Below, piece by piece: positions 44,309 to 53,734 of a DNA stretch of 55,112 bases. Made by a program: the position numbers and the translations under genes. This DNA comes from a bacterium. Lineage in GTDB: Bacteria > Armatimonadota > JACIXR01. The notes beneath the pieces were generated by a model. That model did no database searches. It was not told the DNA's origin and saw only the letters and a list, made by a program, of their open reading frames with translations. Each line of letters starts with the position of its first letter. The first letter of the stretch is position 1. The stretch spans positions 1-55,112 of the forward strand of contig JBMFMH010000002.1 of NCBI GenBank assembly GCA_049970775.1, given 5' to 3'.

Positions 44309-47300
44309 ATGAGGAAAATCTTCCTTTTGGTTTGTGGATTGTTTAGCATCGTCATTTGCCAACAAAAACCAGCTGTTCTTTTCCTCCAGACGGGGTTAGA
44401 GGATAGAGAGGTCGCTAAGAGGCTAATGCAAGCAGGGTTTGAGTTTGACTTCCGCTGGGATTTTCCCGAGGAGAGTTATATCAAGCAGTTCAATGTCGTT
44501 GTTCTGCAACGGGGAGGAGCATATTTAGGCGATAGGGAAAGGGAGATTCTCCTTCGTTTCGTGGCGGAAGGAGGTGGGCTCTTTATCAGCCTTTGGAAAG
44601 GAGAGCATTTGGAGGATTGGAATGGTCAGTTTCGCCTTTTAGAGCAAATAGATGCTCGCCTTCGTCCTGAAGCTGTCCACGACAAAGAAAGGGAGCGAGA
44701 AGGTGGAACTCCCTGGGGTATAATCTTCGCTTCAACCAGCAATATTTTCCCTTCACCCGTTAGCAAGGGGGTAAGCCTTATTTGGTACCCCGTTAGCGAG
44801 GGTGCAGGAGGGGCTTCCGCAACTCTAACATTTGATGTTGGCAATGAATGGCAAATAGTTGTTCGTGGTGAGGCATCAGCGAAAAGCATCCTCTGGGAAA
44901 GCAATGCGAGGGGACTACCGCCAGATATGATACCTCAAGAAGGCATCTCGGCTCCACCTATCTTTGCAATTCGCACCTATGGCGAGGGAAGAATAGCCCT
45001 CTGTTCAATTAATTCCTCCTATCATTTTTGGGGAGGATATGCCACTGCTTTGAAGGGGATAGTTATGGAAAAGGGAATAAATAATCAGCCGAGCCATTTC
45101 CTTCGGCTTCTCCTTAATACCCTTGACTGGCTCGCTGAACCGTCCTTGAAATCGGCTAAATTCGGGGGAGCGAAAACTCCTTCCCAATTACTCCAAGAAC
45201 CAAAACTCCCTTTGGTGCCACCCTGGAATTGGGAAAATCCAAGATTTCCACCTCCCCCAAAGGTCTTCAAGGGCATAGTGGGAGCCCAAACGGGGTTATC
45301 TGGAGGAAAGGGAAAGGTGGAGGATTACGCCAAAATCGCTCGCTCTTTAGGGTTGGATTTTATTGTTTTTCTTGAGGACTTCTCTAACTTGCCCAAGGAT
45401 AAATGGGAAGAGCTCGTTAGGGAATGTATGGCCGTATCGGGGAAAGATTTCCTTGCGGTTCCTGGATTTCGCTTTGAGGATGGATATGGCAACCATTATT
45501 TTTCCGCTGGCTATCGCACTCGCTATCCCGATGATTATCTCCTTGACGAGAAAAGGCGTTTCGCTACGACTCATCCAGATATTAAGGCACCGGGACAAGC
45601 TGGGCTTGTCATCTTGGATTGGATGCATAATCTCAACAGAATGAACCTCACGATAGGTTCCTGGTTGCATTCTCAAAATCCCTGCCCTTACTATGAATTC
45701 AGAGCCTACGACGCAGTTGCTCTTTTCAGCCAAGATTTCCGGAAGGACCCACCAAAGCTTTTAGATGAACTGGTTGAGGGATACAAACATCTCCAAAATA
45801 GGGGGGAGTCCCTTTGGCCGTTTGCTATAAGCCTTATTGATGAGCCAAAACAGCTTAAGAAGGCAATGGAGGAAGGATATTTGAACTTCTTTGAAGCGGC
45901 TGATTTGGATGACCTAAAGGAGCAGATTTCCTCTTGGCATGCCTCAATGCCACCTTATTGCCATCTTCGCTATGTCTCAAATGGACCTCGTATCCTTGAA
46001 TGGCGATTTATCGGTCCACGAGACTATGAAAATTTTGATTGGTTCGACTGGACGCATTGGCGTTGGAGGTTGCGACTCGTCGTGCAATCCGATGTTGGTT
46101 TACGAGAGATTATGGTATACGATGGAGAGGATTTAGTCAGGCATTTCTATCCAAAGGGAGAAAAAAATTTCGTTTGGGAAGAGGACTTCAATCACGGTCA
46201 ACAGCATAACCTCTTTGTAATCGCCCGGGACTTGAAGGGAAGACAGGCTATATCTATGGAGCTCTTTGACCGTCCTCAACCGCTGCTTGAGGAGTTTATG
46301 TGCGGAGATAGGATGAACCAGCTCTCTTATAGTATGCAAAGAAGGGATGATGGCACAGGAGCACAAAGCGGTTTCGTTTGGGGGATGACGCCAAATAAAG
46401 GACCTTGGAATGGAGCGGGGCAAATAGCCCCATCTTCAACTTATAAGCCTGATAATCGCCTTGGAGGAATGATACCCGGCTTTGATGGCGCACCCGGAGG
46501 CGACCCAACTCTTTATATAAATCCCGCCCTTGAATGCGATAAAGGAGAAGAAGACCTGAGTCAAGGAAGGATTTGGACCGATAGACTTCTTCATAGCGCT
46601 GATTTGATGATGGGTTATGGGAGAAGCGATGGCTTTTACCCACCAGGTGTTCCTGCCCTTAATGTCTGGAACACTTTGGCTCCCGCTTTTCCTTCAAAGC
46701 TTTTGGATGCGGAGATTAAACGCACATATTTCAATCTTAGACCGGGACTATTCTCATCAATTCTTGTTGATTTGGAGATAAAATTTAAAGAAGATGTTAA
46801 AGTGGACAAGCTCGTTTTAGGGCAATTCAACAAAGCGGGAGCTAAGAGCTGGTTCATTCGCACTCCTGAAGGGGAAATCATCTCAAGTGAGAAGAATCAC
46901 GACGCCTTTAAAGAATGGGGGAAGTTGAAATTTGTAAAGGACAATTATATTGCCTTTTGCGGCTCACCCCTGGGCTCAGTTGCGGTTTTCAATCTTGGCG
47001 ATGAACCCTTGGATGTTTATGTTCAGAGGGATAGCCCCAGTTGGGAAATCCGCTTTCCCATAGATGGTAAGGTTTTGAAGAAGGGGGATGTTTTAAGGGC
47101 TAAAATTCTGGTAGTGGGAACACCCTTCACGGTTGAACCTGATGAAAAGTGGGTGGAATGGGTGAGGTCCGAGATGGGTTTAGCTGGGAAGCCCGCTTAT
47201 CGTTTAGAAATTGAGAAAGGGAAGGTAATAAGTCAAGAATATATTTTGGAAGTGGATGGGAAAGGAGAAGGATTTGCAGGAAGGATAAGTAAATCCAACT

Positions 47301-47671
47301 TGCCTCTTACGCTTCCCATTGTTGTTAGAGGACTGCAGGAGCGGTGGAGCGTTTTTCTTTTGGAAAGGGATAAGAAAAGAGCGAGACCACTTGGGCAATT
47401 AAATGATAAGGCTTATGCCACAATTGACCTCCGGGAAGGAGACAAGGACATCTTTATTGGACACCCAATCGTTTGCGATGACAAAGAAATCTTTATAAAT
47501 GTGGTTCAAACTGGAGATAAGAGATTCAGTGTATATTTGCACAATCCAAGTTCAAAGAAGAAAAACATAATAATTAGGAGCAATAACTTATGGAGTTGGG
47601 GTAAGCTTCGCCCCCAGAAACTATCCCTCAATCCCGGAGAGGTTAAACAAATAGAATGGTTTGTTGATTGA
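44309..47671 (+). CDS. Giant secreted protein of unknown function (N-terminal GATase1/ThuA-like fold suspected)
   Basis: The ATG at 44309 is preceded by GAGGTGAGGG, and a signal peptide MRKIFLLVCGLFSIVICQ is present. It sits 5 nt after the upstream gene's stop (with the GTG at 44300, a 4-nt overlap). No catalytic motif was recognised. Confidence 0.8.
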   Translation: MRKIFLLVCGLFSIVICQQKPAVLFLQTGLEDREVAKRLMQAGFEFDFRWDFPEESYIKQFNVVVLQRGGAYLGDREREILLRFVAEGGGLFISLWKGEHLEDWNGQFRLLEQIDARLRPEAVHDKEREREGGTPWGIIFASTSNIFPSPVSKGVSLIWYPVSEGAGGASATLTFDVGNEWQIVVRGEASAKSILWESNARGLPPDMIPQEGISAPPIFAIRTYGEGRIALCSINSSYHFWGGYATALKGIVMEKGINNQPSHFLRLLLNTLDWLAEPSLKSAKFGGAKTPSQLLQEPKLPLVPPWNWENPRFPPPPKVFKGIVGAQTGLSGGKGKVEDYAKIARSLGLDFIVFLEDFSNLPKDKWEELVRECMAVSGKDFLAVPGFRFEDGYGNHYFSAGYRTRYPDDYLLDEKRRFATTHPDIKAPGQAGLVILDWMHNLNRMNLTIGSWLHSQNPCPYYEFRAYDAVALFSQDFRKDPPKLLDELVEGYKHLQNRGESLWPFAISLIDEPKQLKKAMEEGYLNFFEAADLDDLKEQISSWHASMPPYCHLRYVSNGPRILEWRFIGPRDYENFDWFDWTHWRWRLRLVVQSDVGLREIMVYDGEDLVRHFYPKGEKNFVWEEDFNHGQQHNLFVIARDLKGRQAISMELFDRPQPLLEEFMCGDRMNQLSYSMQRRDDGTGAQSGFVWGMTPNKGPWNGAGQIAPSSTYKPDNRLGGMIPGFDGAPGGDPTLYINPALECDKGEEDLSQGRIWTDRLLHSADLMMGYGRSDGFYPPGVPALNVWNTLAPAFPSKLLDAEIKRTYFNLRPGLFSSILVDLEIKFKEDVKVDKLVLGQFNKAGAKSWFIRTPEGEIISSEKNHDAFKEWGKLKFVKDNYIAFCGSPLGSVAVFNLGDEPLDVYVQRDSPSWEIRFPIDGKVLKKGDVLRAKILVVGTPFTVEPDEKWVEWVRSEMGLAGKPAYRLEIEKGKVISQEYILEVDGKGEGFAGRISKSNLPLTLPIVVRGLQERWSVFLLERDKKRARPLGQLNDKAYATIDLREGDKDIFIGHPIVCDDKEIFINVVQTGDKRFSVYLHNPSSKKKNIIIRSNNLWSWGKLRPQKLSLNPGEVKQIEWFVD

Positions 47672-47678
47672 AAAGAAG
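47671..47678. repeat. Left target-site duplication AAAAGAAG of MITE copy 3
   Basis: It is identical to 47877-47884 and lies immediately outside the left TIR. Confidence 0.85.
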
Positions 47679-47876
47679 GGCTTTGTTGAATAAATCGAAT
47701 AAAAACATATTTTCCTTACTTTCTGTAAATTTTGAACAAATCCTCCTCTTCGTAAATGAGGAAAATTCTTTAAAAGGAATATATTTCAAGATTTTTTTTA
47801 TTTTTCCTTTTGTTAGCAGTTGATAATGGGAAATATAAGGCTGTTTCCTTCTTTTTCGGAATTATTCAACAAAGCC
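47679..47876 (+). mobile_element. MITE-like element, copy 3 (198 bp)
   Basis: A perfect 15-bp TIR is present: GGCTTTGTTGAATAA (47679-47693) and TTATTCAACAAAGCC (47862-47876). It is flanked by a perfect 8-bp direct repeat. The 3' internal third aligns with copy 1. Confidence 0.88.
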
Positions 47877-47884
47877 AAAAGAAG
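47877..47884. repeat. Right target-site duplication AAAAGAAG of MITE copy 3
   Basis: It is identical to 47671-47678 and lies immediately outside the right TIR. Confidence 0.85.
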
Positions 47885-47893
47885 TAGCGATTG

Positions 47894-48640
47894 CTATCTT
47901 TCACCAAGCTCTCTCAAGAAAACATCCGTCTTCCCGCTTTTTTCCGCTCTTAAATCTATAAAGGGAGGTAAGATGGAGCGCAAATCTTCCCTTATCCTCT
48001 GAGGCATCTCTTCTTCTCGTAGTAGATGGGGCGGTGTTTTCATCAGCTTCTTCATATAATCCCTTGTTTCCTTTTCTATTTGAACGGCATCAGTTGAATG
48101 GGAGATACATTCTCCGCAAATGAGCCCTCCGCTTGCGGGTGAGAAGAAAATTCTGCCCTCCATTTTCCTCCTACAGAAAAGGCAATTATCAAGCTCGGGT
48201 TTAAACCCAAGGTGGGAAAGAAGCTTCAGCTCCCAGGAGCGAGCGATTAGCTCGGGGTCTTTAGCTTTCTCAATCACATAGAGGTGGGCGAGGAGAGAAT
48301 CAAATAAATCTTTGTCCGCTTCCTCTTCCTCAGTCATTCTGTCCAGCAGTTCAACAATTGAGGAAGCGAAGGCGAATTTTTCCATATCCTCAATCAAGGA
48401 AAGAAAACCGTGCTTAAGCCTTCCCTGAGTGATTATATGGAAGGTTTTGCCCTTAACGAGGAGAAGATGAGAATAAGCAAAGAGTTGTGTTAAAGGAGCA
48501 AGGCTGTTCTTCGGTTTTCTTGCCCCTTTCGCTATAGCGGAGAGTTTGCCCTTAGCCTCCGTGTAAAGGATAACTAAGCGGTCCGCTTCTCCTTGATTAA
48601 AGTTTCGTAGAACCACAGCATTTGTGGATAGGAAACGCAT
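47894..48640 (-). CDS. recO: DNA repair protein RecO
   Basis: The N-terminal OB region is AVVLRNFNQGEADRLVILYTEAKGKLSAIAKGARK. The C-terminal zinc motif is CLFCRRK...CGEC. Confidence 0.9.
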   Translation of the reverse strand: MRFLSTNAVVLRNFNQGEADRLVILYTEAKGKLSAIAKGARKPKNSLAPLTQLFAYSHLLLVKGKTFHIITQGRLKHGFLSLIEDMEKFAFASSIVELLDRMTEEEEADKDLFDSLLAHLYVIEKAKDPELIARSWELKLLSHLGFKPELDNCLFCRRKMEGRIFFSPASGGLICGECISHSTDAVQIEKETRDYMKKLMKTPPHLLREEEMPQRIREDLRSILPPFIDLRAEKSGKTDVFLRELGER

Positions 48641-48647
48641 TTATCTC

Positions 48648-49355
48648 TCAAGAACCTATCATTCTTCTGTATTCTTCCATTATTTGAACAGCGGAGCTCG
48701 TTCCTATCCTATCTGCTCCCGCTCCCAAAAAGGATATCACATCGTTCAGGCTCTTAATCCCTCCCGCTGCTTTTATCCTCATAGCTCCTCCCACGACATT
48801 CCTAATCGTTCTTACATCATCCAAAGATGTCCCACGAGGTCCAAAGCCAGTGGATGTCTTTATGAAATCTGCACCGGTTTCCAAAAGTAGCAAGGAAATC
48901 TGCCGGATTTCCTCTTTAGAAAGATAACCACATTCTATTATTATCTTCGTTAAGACATTTCCCTTTCTCAGTGTAAGGGAATGCATCCTGCAGGTTTCAA
49001 CGAGGGCGGTTATTTCATTGAGGAATTCCTCCTGCTTGCCTGATTTGAAAAGCCCGAGATTAGCGACGATGTCCAGCTCATCTGCCCCTAACGAAATAGC
49101 ATTTCTGGCTTCTGCGACCTTAATGCTTTTAGTGCTTGTCCCGAGGGGAAAGGCAACTACGCTACAAAGCTTAACATCCGAGCCTTGAAGATTTGTTCTC
49201 ACGAGGGGAATCCAGCAGGGGTGCACACATAGGGCTGCGAAATGCCATTTTTTCGCTTCCTCACAGGCTCTTATTATCGTCTCTTCATTCGTATCCGGAC
49301 GAAGCACGGCATAATCTATCATCTTCCCGAGTTCTTCAAGCGGTGGATAAGCCAT
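48648..49355 (-). CDS. deoC: Deoxyribose-phosphate aldolase
   Basis: IDYAVLRPDTNEE, ALCVHP and the Schiff-base region FIKTSTGF are present. The probable start is the ATG at 49355 (the ORF-track TTG is at 49361). Confidence 0.9.
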   Translation of the reverse strand: MAYPPLEELGKMIDYAVLRPDTNEETIIRACEEAKKWHFAALCVHPCWIPLVRTNLQGSDVKLCSVVAFPLGTSTKSIKVAEARNAISLGADELDIVANLGLFKSGKQEEFLNEITALVETCRMHSLTLRKGNVLTKIIIECGYLSKEEIRQISLLLLETGADFIKTSTGFGPRGTSLDDVRTIRNVVGGAMRIKAAGGIKSLNDVISFLGAGADRIGTSSAVQIMEEYRRMIGS

Positions 49356-49463
49356 AATCAAAATGAATTTTATATCTTTTTAAGGAAAGGTCAATTCAAG
49401 TATGATGCCTTTTTGTGATAGCAAATCCTAAAAATGATAAATGCTATTTCTTGTTTTGATTTT

Positions 49464-49928
49464 TTAAAACGAAATCTTAAAAATCGGGGTATCAACTGCT
49501 TGAACGAATGAGCCCGGTGGGGCAAGGAAGTGTAGCTGGCAATTTGCGGTCAGCACAACAATTGGTGAGATGAGAGGCAAGCCTTTCTCCGATATCTTCT
49601 CTATATCAAACTCAATTATCTTCTCGCCCATTTCTACCTCATCACCCTCTTTCACAAGGCAGTTAAATCCTTCTCCTTTCAATTTCACCGTATCTATGCC
49701 GATATGTATTAGCAATTCCAGACCATTCTCATCCTTAATCGCAATCGCATGCCCTCCCTTCACCACAGCAGAGACGAAACCATCAATTGGAGCATAAGCG
49801 ATGCTGGATGAAGGTTCAATAGCAACTCCATTGCCCACTATTTTTTGCGCAAATACAGGGTCGGGAACATCTTCTATTGAGAAAAGTCTTCCGGTAAGCG
49901 GAGCATACACTACCTTTTCTTTCTTCAT
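49464..49928 (-). CDS. PTS EIIA(Glc)-family domain protein (stand-alone)
   Basis: VPDPVFAQKIVGNGVAIEP, GHAIAI and LLIHIGIDTVKLKGEGF carry the two conserved His residues. The ATG at 49928 lies 1 nt after the upstream stop and is preceded by a GGTGAGG SD. Confidence 0.9.
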   Translation of the reverse strand: MKKEKVVYAPLTGRLFSIEDVPDPVFAQKIVGNGVAIEPSSSIAYAPIDGFVSAVVKGGHAIAIKDENGLELLIHIGIDTVKLKGEGFNCLVKEGDEVEMGEKIIEFDIEKISEKGLPLISPIVVLTANCQLHFLAPPGSFVQAVDTPIFKISF

Positions 49929-49929
49929 C

Positions 49930-50973
49930 TTATACCTCACCGGGATTTACCCAATAGTCTCCTCGCAGGAGCTCTTCGGGTGTCTCCTCAGCCACAATGG
50001 AAAGGGGAAAAGGCACTACTTTATCTGGTGGTCCCGGAAAACAAAAAGCTATTGAGAGGGAGGGAATGAGTGGATGAAGTAAAACGCTGAAAGCGCTAAC
50101 TGTGTTGTGATTGCAGATGGGGTAGCTTCCGCTTCTATCCCTTGCGGTCTCCCATATATCATCTAATTTTACCTTCCCTTTACCCCCAAGGAGCTCAAAC
50201 GCTCTTTTCAGGCGTTGCTGGGAAGAGATATCCTCTCTCTTATTTTCCAAAAGCAAAAAGCTATTGCTCCTGATAAGCATGCCCTCGCTTGCCATTTTCC
50301 ATCTCGCTTCCTTGGGGGTATATTCAATTACCATTCCACCTTCCCTATCCAAGAAAAGAAGAATGAAGCCACGATTCTCCCCCTCTGTGGAAAGGAAGCC
50401 CCTCCCTCTCATTTCCTCAACGATTTGAAGCGCTTCCCTGTTATTTTTCGCTTTCTCTGCGACTAACCTCATTATATGACGGTCAAGAAGGGCATCGGTT
50501 GGTTCCACATCGGTATAACCACCAGTGTTGCAAGCCCCAGCAAGCCCTGCCTCATTGAGGAAGTAGGCGATGCCGAGGTCTAAGGGTGACGCCCCAGCGA
50601 TAAATTTCAGGCATCCATCTATTTTCTTTATAAAGAAACTTTGTTTCTGAATAGCGAAATCCCTGTTCTTATGGAGAATAGGGAAACCATCCTTCGTGGA
50701 GAGAGCAATAAAGGAGGTGCAATCATCGCTATGGGAAGGGAGATTGTGAGCAAGGATAAGGGAGAAGTCAACGCCTGAAGCCTTAGCTATTGCTTCCCCT
50801 TCCTCAAGCCAATGAGGAGCCACCTCCTCCATTATCCTCTCCAATCTCTTTACCCTAACCTCCCAGTCCTTCGGAGGGTCAGTTGAAACAGCAATATCCC
50901 TGATGCTGTCCTTTGCTACTTTTCCAAACAAATAGCCTACTTCTTCCGCTTTGCCTCTTAGGGTTGTCATCAT
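49930..50973 (-). CDS. Peptidase C45 / Ntn-hydrolase family protein (acyl-CoA:6-APA acyltransferase-like)
   Basis: DDCTSFIAL carries the candidate N-terminal nucleophile Cys, followed by LHKNRD. The fold and length are typical of the C45/choloylglycine hydrolase superfamily. Confidence 0.7.
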   Translation of the reverse strand: MMTTLRGKAEEVGYLFGKVAKDSIRDIAVSTDPPKDWEVRVKRLERIMEEVAPHWLEEGEAIAKASGVDFSLILAHNLPSHSDDCTSFIALSTKDGFPILHKNRDFAIQKQSFFIKKIDGCLKFIAGASPLDLGIAYFLNEAGLAGACNTGGYTDVEPTDALLDRHIMRLVAEKAKNNREALQIVEEMRGRGFLSTEGENRGFILLFLDREGGMVIEYTPKEARWKMASEGMLIRSNSFLLLENKREDISSQQRLKRAFELLGGKGKVKLDDIWETARDRSGSYPICNHNTVSAFSVLLHPLIPSLSIAFCFPGPPDKVVPFPLSIVAEETPEELLRGDYWVNPGEV

Positions 50974-50976
50974 CCC

Positions 50977-53157
50977 TTATTTTATCAAGTAAAGTCGCAT
51001 CTCGTAAACATAAATTTTATCCCCGCCATTTGCGGAGAGAAAATCAACTCTCAATTTCCTTGCTTTGATATCGGGAAATCTTATGCGGAGGAAATATTTT
51101 GTGTTGTTTTTCACCTCCAAGATTTCTCTCCAATCCTCTCCCTCAAGTGCAAATAACTTAAAATCTTTGGGAATGTGAGGGGGAATATAGAAAGGTGGCA
51201 ATTGACTATATTCCTTATCAATAGAAGCATCAAAGATAAACTGAAGAAAATTGAATGTCTTTTCCTCACCTAAATCTATTTCTAAATTATGGGGGAAGCC
51301 TTTTTCTCCATCTGATATCCAAACATTCGTCCATCTCTCCGGGCGGGATACGCCCGAAACGATATTATCAGGTGAGAAGGGATATAGGGTTGGAATGAGT
51401 TTGAAAAAGAGATTTTTACCCAACTTGAACCTCCATAGATTTCCAGTTTTATATATTTCCGTTAATCCGGGAAACGCCTCGCTTGTTTCCCTAATGTAAA
51501 CATATTCGTTTGGCTCAAGATAAAACCAATAAATCCCTTTTTCAAATTTCCTTTGAATCTCTATTTCCACCTCCTGCTCCCCTTCTTTTAGATTTATTTC
51601 TCGCTGTAGTATATCTTCCTCAGCTGAGAAATCCCATAGGTCATAGGAACTTCTCAAATGGAAGGAAATGGAAGTGGCTTTTTCCGCCCTGAGGCTCAAA
51701 ATCAATTTCTCAAGATAGCCTTGCAGGGGCAATTTCTGTCCGATAGGTTGAAGTAATTTCGCCTCGCTATCCCATCTTTTGAATCGCAAAGGAAATGAGG
51801 AAGCAGAGATTCTCGCATTTCTCAGCAAATCGTTTTCATCCTCGTTCTTCACACCGGGAACGAAACAGCCATCCTTCAACAATGTCTGCTGGAGTTCCCT
51901 TATATGCTTGGGGAATATATCCCTTGGATAAACCCCGTGTTTCTTACAAATGGCAACAGCGGTCCCCACTGCTTGACCTAAAAGCGCACAAGTTCCCATA
52001 AGCCTTGTGCTTCCCAATGCTATATGAGTAACGCTAATGTTCCTGCCCGCCATTAAAAGATTCTTTATGTTTCTGGAATAAAGGCATCTGAAGGGAATTT
52101 GATAAATATAGACGAACCTTTTCTCCCATTCCTCAATTCTCCCACTCGTGCAAGGCTCGGGGTAATCTTCCCTGGCGAGAATTCCTCCCGGGGTATGAAG
52201 GTCTATGAACCAACCTCCGTAGGCTACCGCATCGGGAAAAGCTCTTCTCGTTTTCAAATCCTCTTCCTTCAAAATATAGTCGCCGATGAAGCGTCTTGAT
52301 TCCCTTTTTCCTGGCACCATTCCAACCCACTCAAGGGAGAAGTTCGCGAAGCCATGGTCGCCCTGATTCTTTAAGTGGTCCCAAACTCCCAGAAGGTGAG
52401 CGAGAAGGTTGTGCTTAATTTCCTCGTTATCGTATATTGTATCGTAAGGATAGCCGATTTCAATCCACCAATAGCCAGGCATTGAATTATGAGGTCTGAG
52501 TTTTAAAGTGATATCATCCTCCGGGTATTTGACTGCCCAGGAAGGAGGCTCAAAGGGGACGGGTTTTCCGCAATCTCTCACGAGGAACAGCAAGGAATTG
52601 CCCATTATGCCGTTATCTGGCTCATCCGGTGCGAGCTCCTCGCCAAATTCGGTTTTCCCTTCCCTGCCCATTCTGAATTCAGCGCCACAGGAAAAGGCGA
52701 GGGCACCATCTCCCGAGGCATCAACGAAATAATCCCCCTTTATTATCAGCTCTTTCTCCGAGCCGAGCTGAACGCAATGAACAGCTTCAATTAAATCCTT
52801 TTTCTTCATTATTCCCTTTCTACAAGATGTATTAAGAAACATATCCACTCCCTCTTCTCTGAGGGCATCGTAAAGGACGAGGTCGAGGACGGAGTTGGTT
52901 AAAGAGCTGTTGTGATACTGGAAATTCCTTCTTCTCTCCTCCAAGAATAGCTCGGCGATTATTCCCGTTTCCCTTGCCCAGGCGTTGAAAGAAGCAGCGC
53001 CGCCTATGGGGACTCTAATCTCAGAGCTGGCGTTTCCTCCGAATACGGGTCTATCCTGGATAATGCAAACGGAGAGCCCATGTCTGCGTCCCGCTAAAGC
53101 GGCACAGACGCCAGCCAGTCCTCCTCCAACGACAACAAGGTCATATTTTTCCTTCAT
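50977..53157 (-). CDS. FAD-dependent oxidoreductase (FAD_oxidored-type) with a C-terminal discoidin-like domain
   Basis: The dinucleotide-binding motif is YDLVVVGGGLAGVCAALAGRRHG...GGNASSE. The C-terminus reads NLEIDLGEEKTFNFLQFIF...ARKLRVDF. Confidence 0.85.
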   Translation of the reverse strand: MKEKYDLVVVGGGLAGVCAALAGRRHGLSVCIIQDRPVFGGNASSEIRVPIGGAASFNAWARETGIIAELFLEERRRNFQYHNSSLTNSVLDLVLYDALREEGVDMFLNTSCRKGIMKKKDLIEAVHCVQLGSEKELIIKGDYFVDASGDGALAFSCGAEFRMGREGKTEFGEELAPDEPDNGIMGNSLLFLVRDCGKPVPFEPPSWAVKYPEDDITLKLRPHNSMPGYWWIEIGYPYDTIYDNEEIKHNLLAHLLGVWDHLKNQGDHGFANFSLEWVGMVPGKRESRRFIGDYILKEEDLKTRRAFPDAVAYGGWFIDLHTPGGILAREDYPEPCTSGRIEEWEKRFVYIYQIPFRCLYSRNIKNLLMAGRNISVTHIALGSTRLMGTCALLGQAVGTAVAICKKHGVYPRDIFPKHIRELQQTLLKDGCFVPGVKNEDENDLLRNARISASSFPLRFKRWDSEAKLLQPIGQKLPLQGYLEKLILSLRAEKATSISFHLRSSYDLWDFSAEEDILQREINLKEGEQEVEIEIQRKFEKGIYWFYLEPNEYVYIRETSEAFPGLTEIYKTGNLWRFKLGKNLFFKLIPTLYPFSPDNIVSGVSRPERWTNVWISDGEKGFPHNLEIDLGEEKTFNFLQFIFDASIDKEYSQLPPFYIPPHIPKDFKLFALEGEDWREILEVKNNTKYFLRIRFPDIKARKLRVDFLSANGGDKIYVYEMRLYLIK

Positions 53158-53248
53158 TTTAAATCACTTACCTTTCCTATCAGTGCTTTCTCCTTTTGCA
53201 AATTTTAAGATGGTCATCCACAAGATGTCTATATCCTTTTAAAGGATT

Positions 53249-53734
53249 TTATCCCGCCAACTCCGAGGCTATTTTCCCAATCTTTTCTATCAAGGTATTG
53301 AAATCGCCTAAATTTCGGATTATCTCTTCCAGATATTCCTCCTTGAAAACCACAAAGCCATTCTCCAAGACGGTGAAATACTTATAGAAAGCTTCTAATC
53401 TTTTTTTGTAAACCTCCCTGTTTCTCGTGCGAGGATTTCTTATCCTCTTTTGTATTTCCTCCAAGTTATATACCGGATATGGCACCTGGACGATTTTTCT
53501 TCTTGTCTTGCCACTTCTCGCTTCCTTCCTCTCGCTTATCTTGGCTATCTGAAAACCTATATCTATATCCCGCACCATCGCATCTATTCCCTTTGCATCC
53601 AATTCAGCGTTGCAAATCAATTCATAGGGCATCCCTATCTTCGTGCAAACATATTCAAACATATAGCAGAAATCAAGTTGAGTAAGCAGAGAAACCCATG
53701 TTCTATACATTCTTGCTTTAAACCCTCTCAACAA
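53249..53734 (-). CDS. Candidate short restriction endonuclease partner of the TaqI-like methyltransferase (R.TaqI C-terminal-half-like by my recollection)
   Basis: The TTG start overlaps the methyltransferase stop by 7 nt, matching the M-then-R order with overlap seen in the TaqI system. The block ELDAKGIDAMVRDIDIGFQIAK is PD-(D/E)XK-like. An in-frame TAG lies one codon upstream of the start. Confidence 0.5.
   Translation of the reverse strand: MLRGFKARMYRTWVSLLTQLDFCYMFEYVCTKIGMPYELICNAELDAKGIDAMVRDIDIGFQIAKISERKEARSGKTRRKIVQVPYPVYNLEEIQKRIRNPRTRNREVYKKRLEAFYKYFTVLENGFVVFKEEYLEEIIRNLGDFNTLIEKIGKIASELAG

Noticed and set aside
53232-53246. Palindrome ATCCTTT-T-AAAGGAT just after the stop of the candidate endonuclease gene, considered as a terminator or operator
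   Set aside because: It is a 7-bp AT-rich stem without a following T-tract, so it is too weak to call a terminator. No second copy was seen that would suggest an operator.
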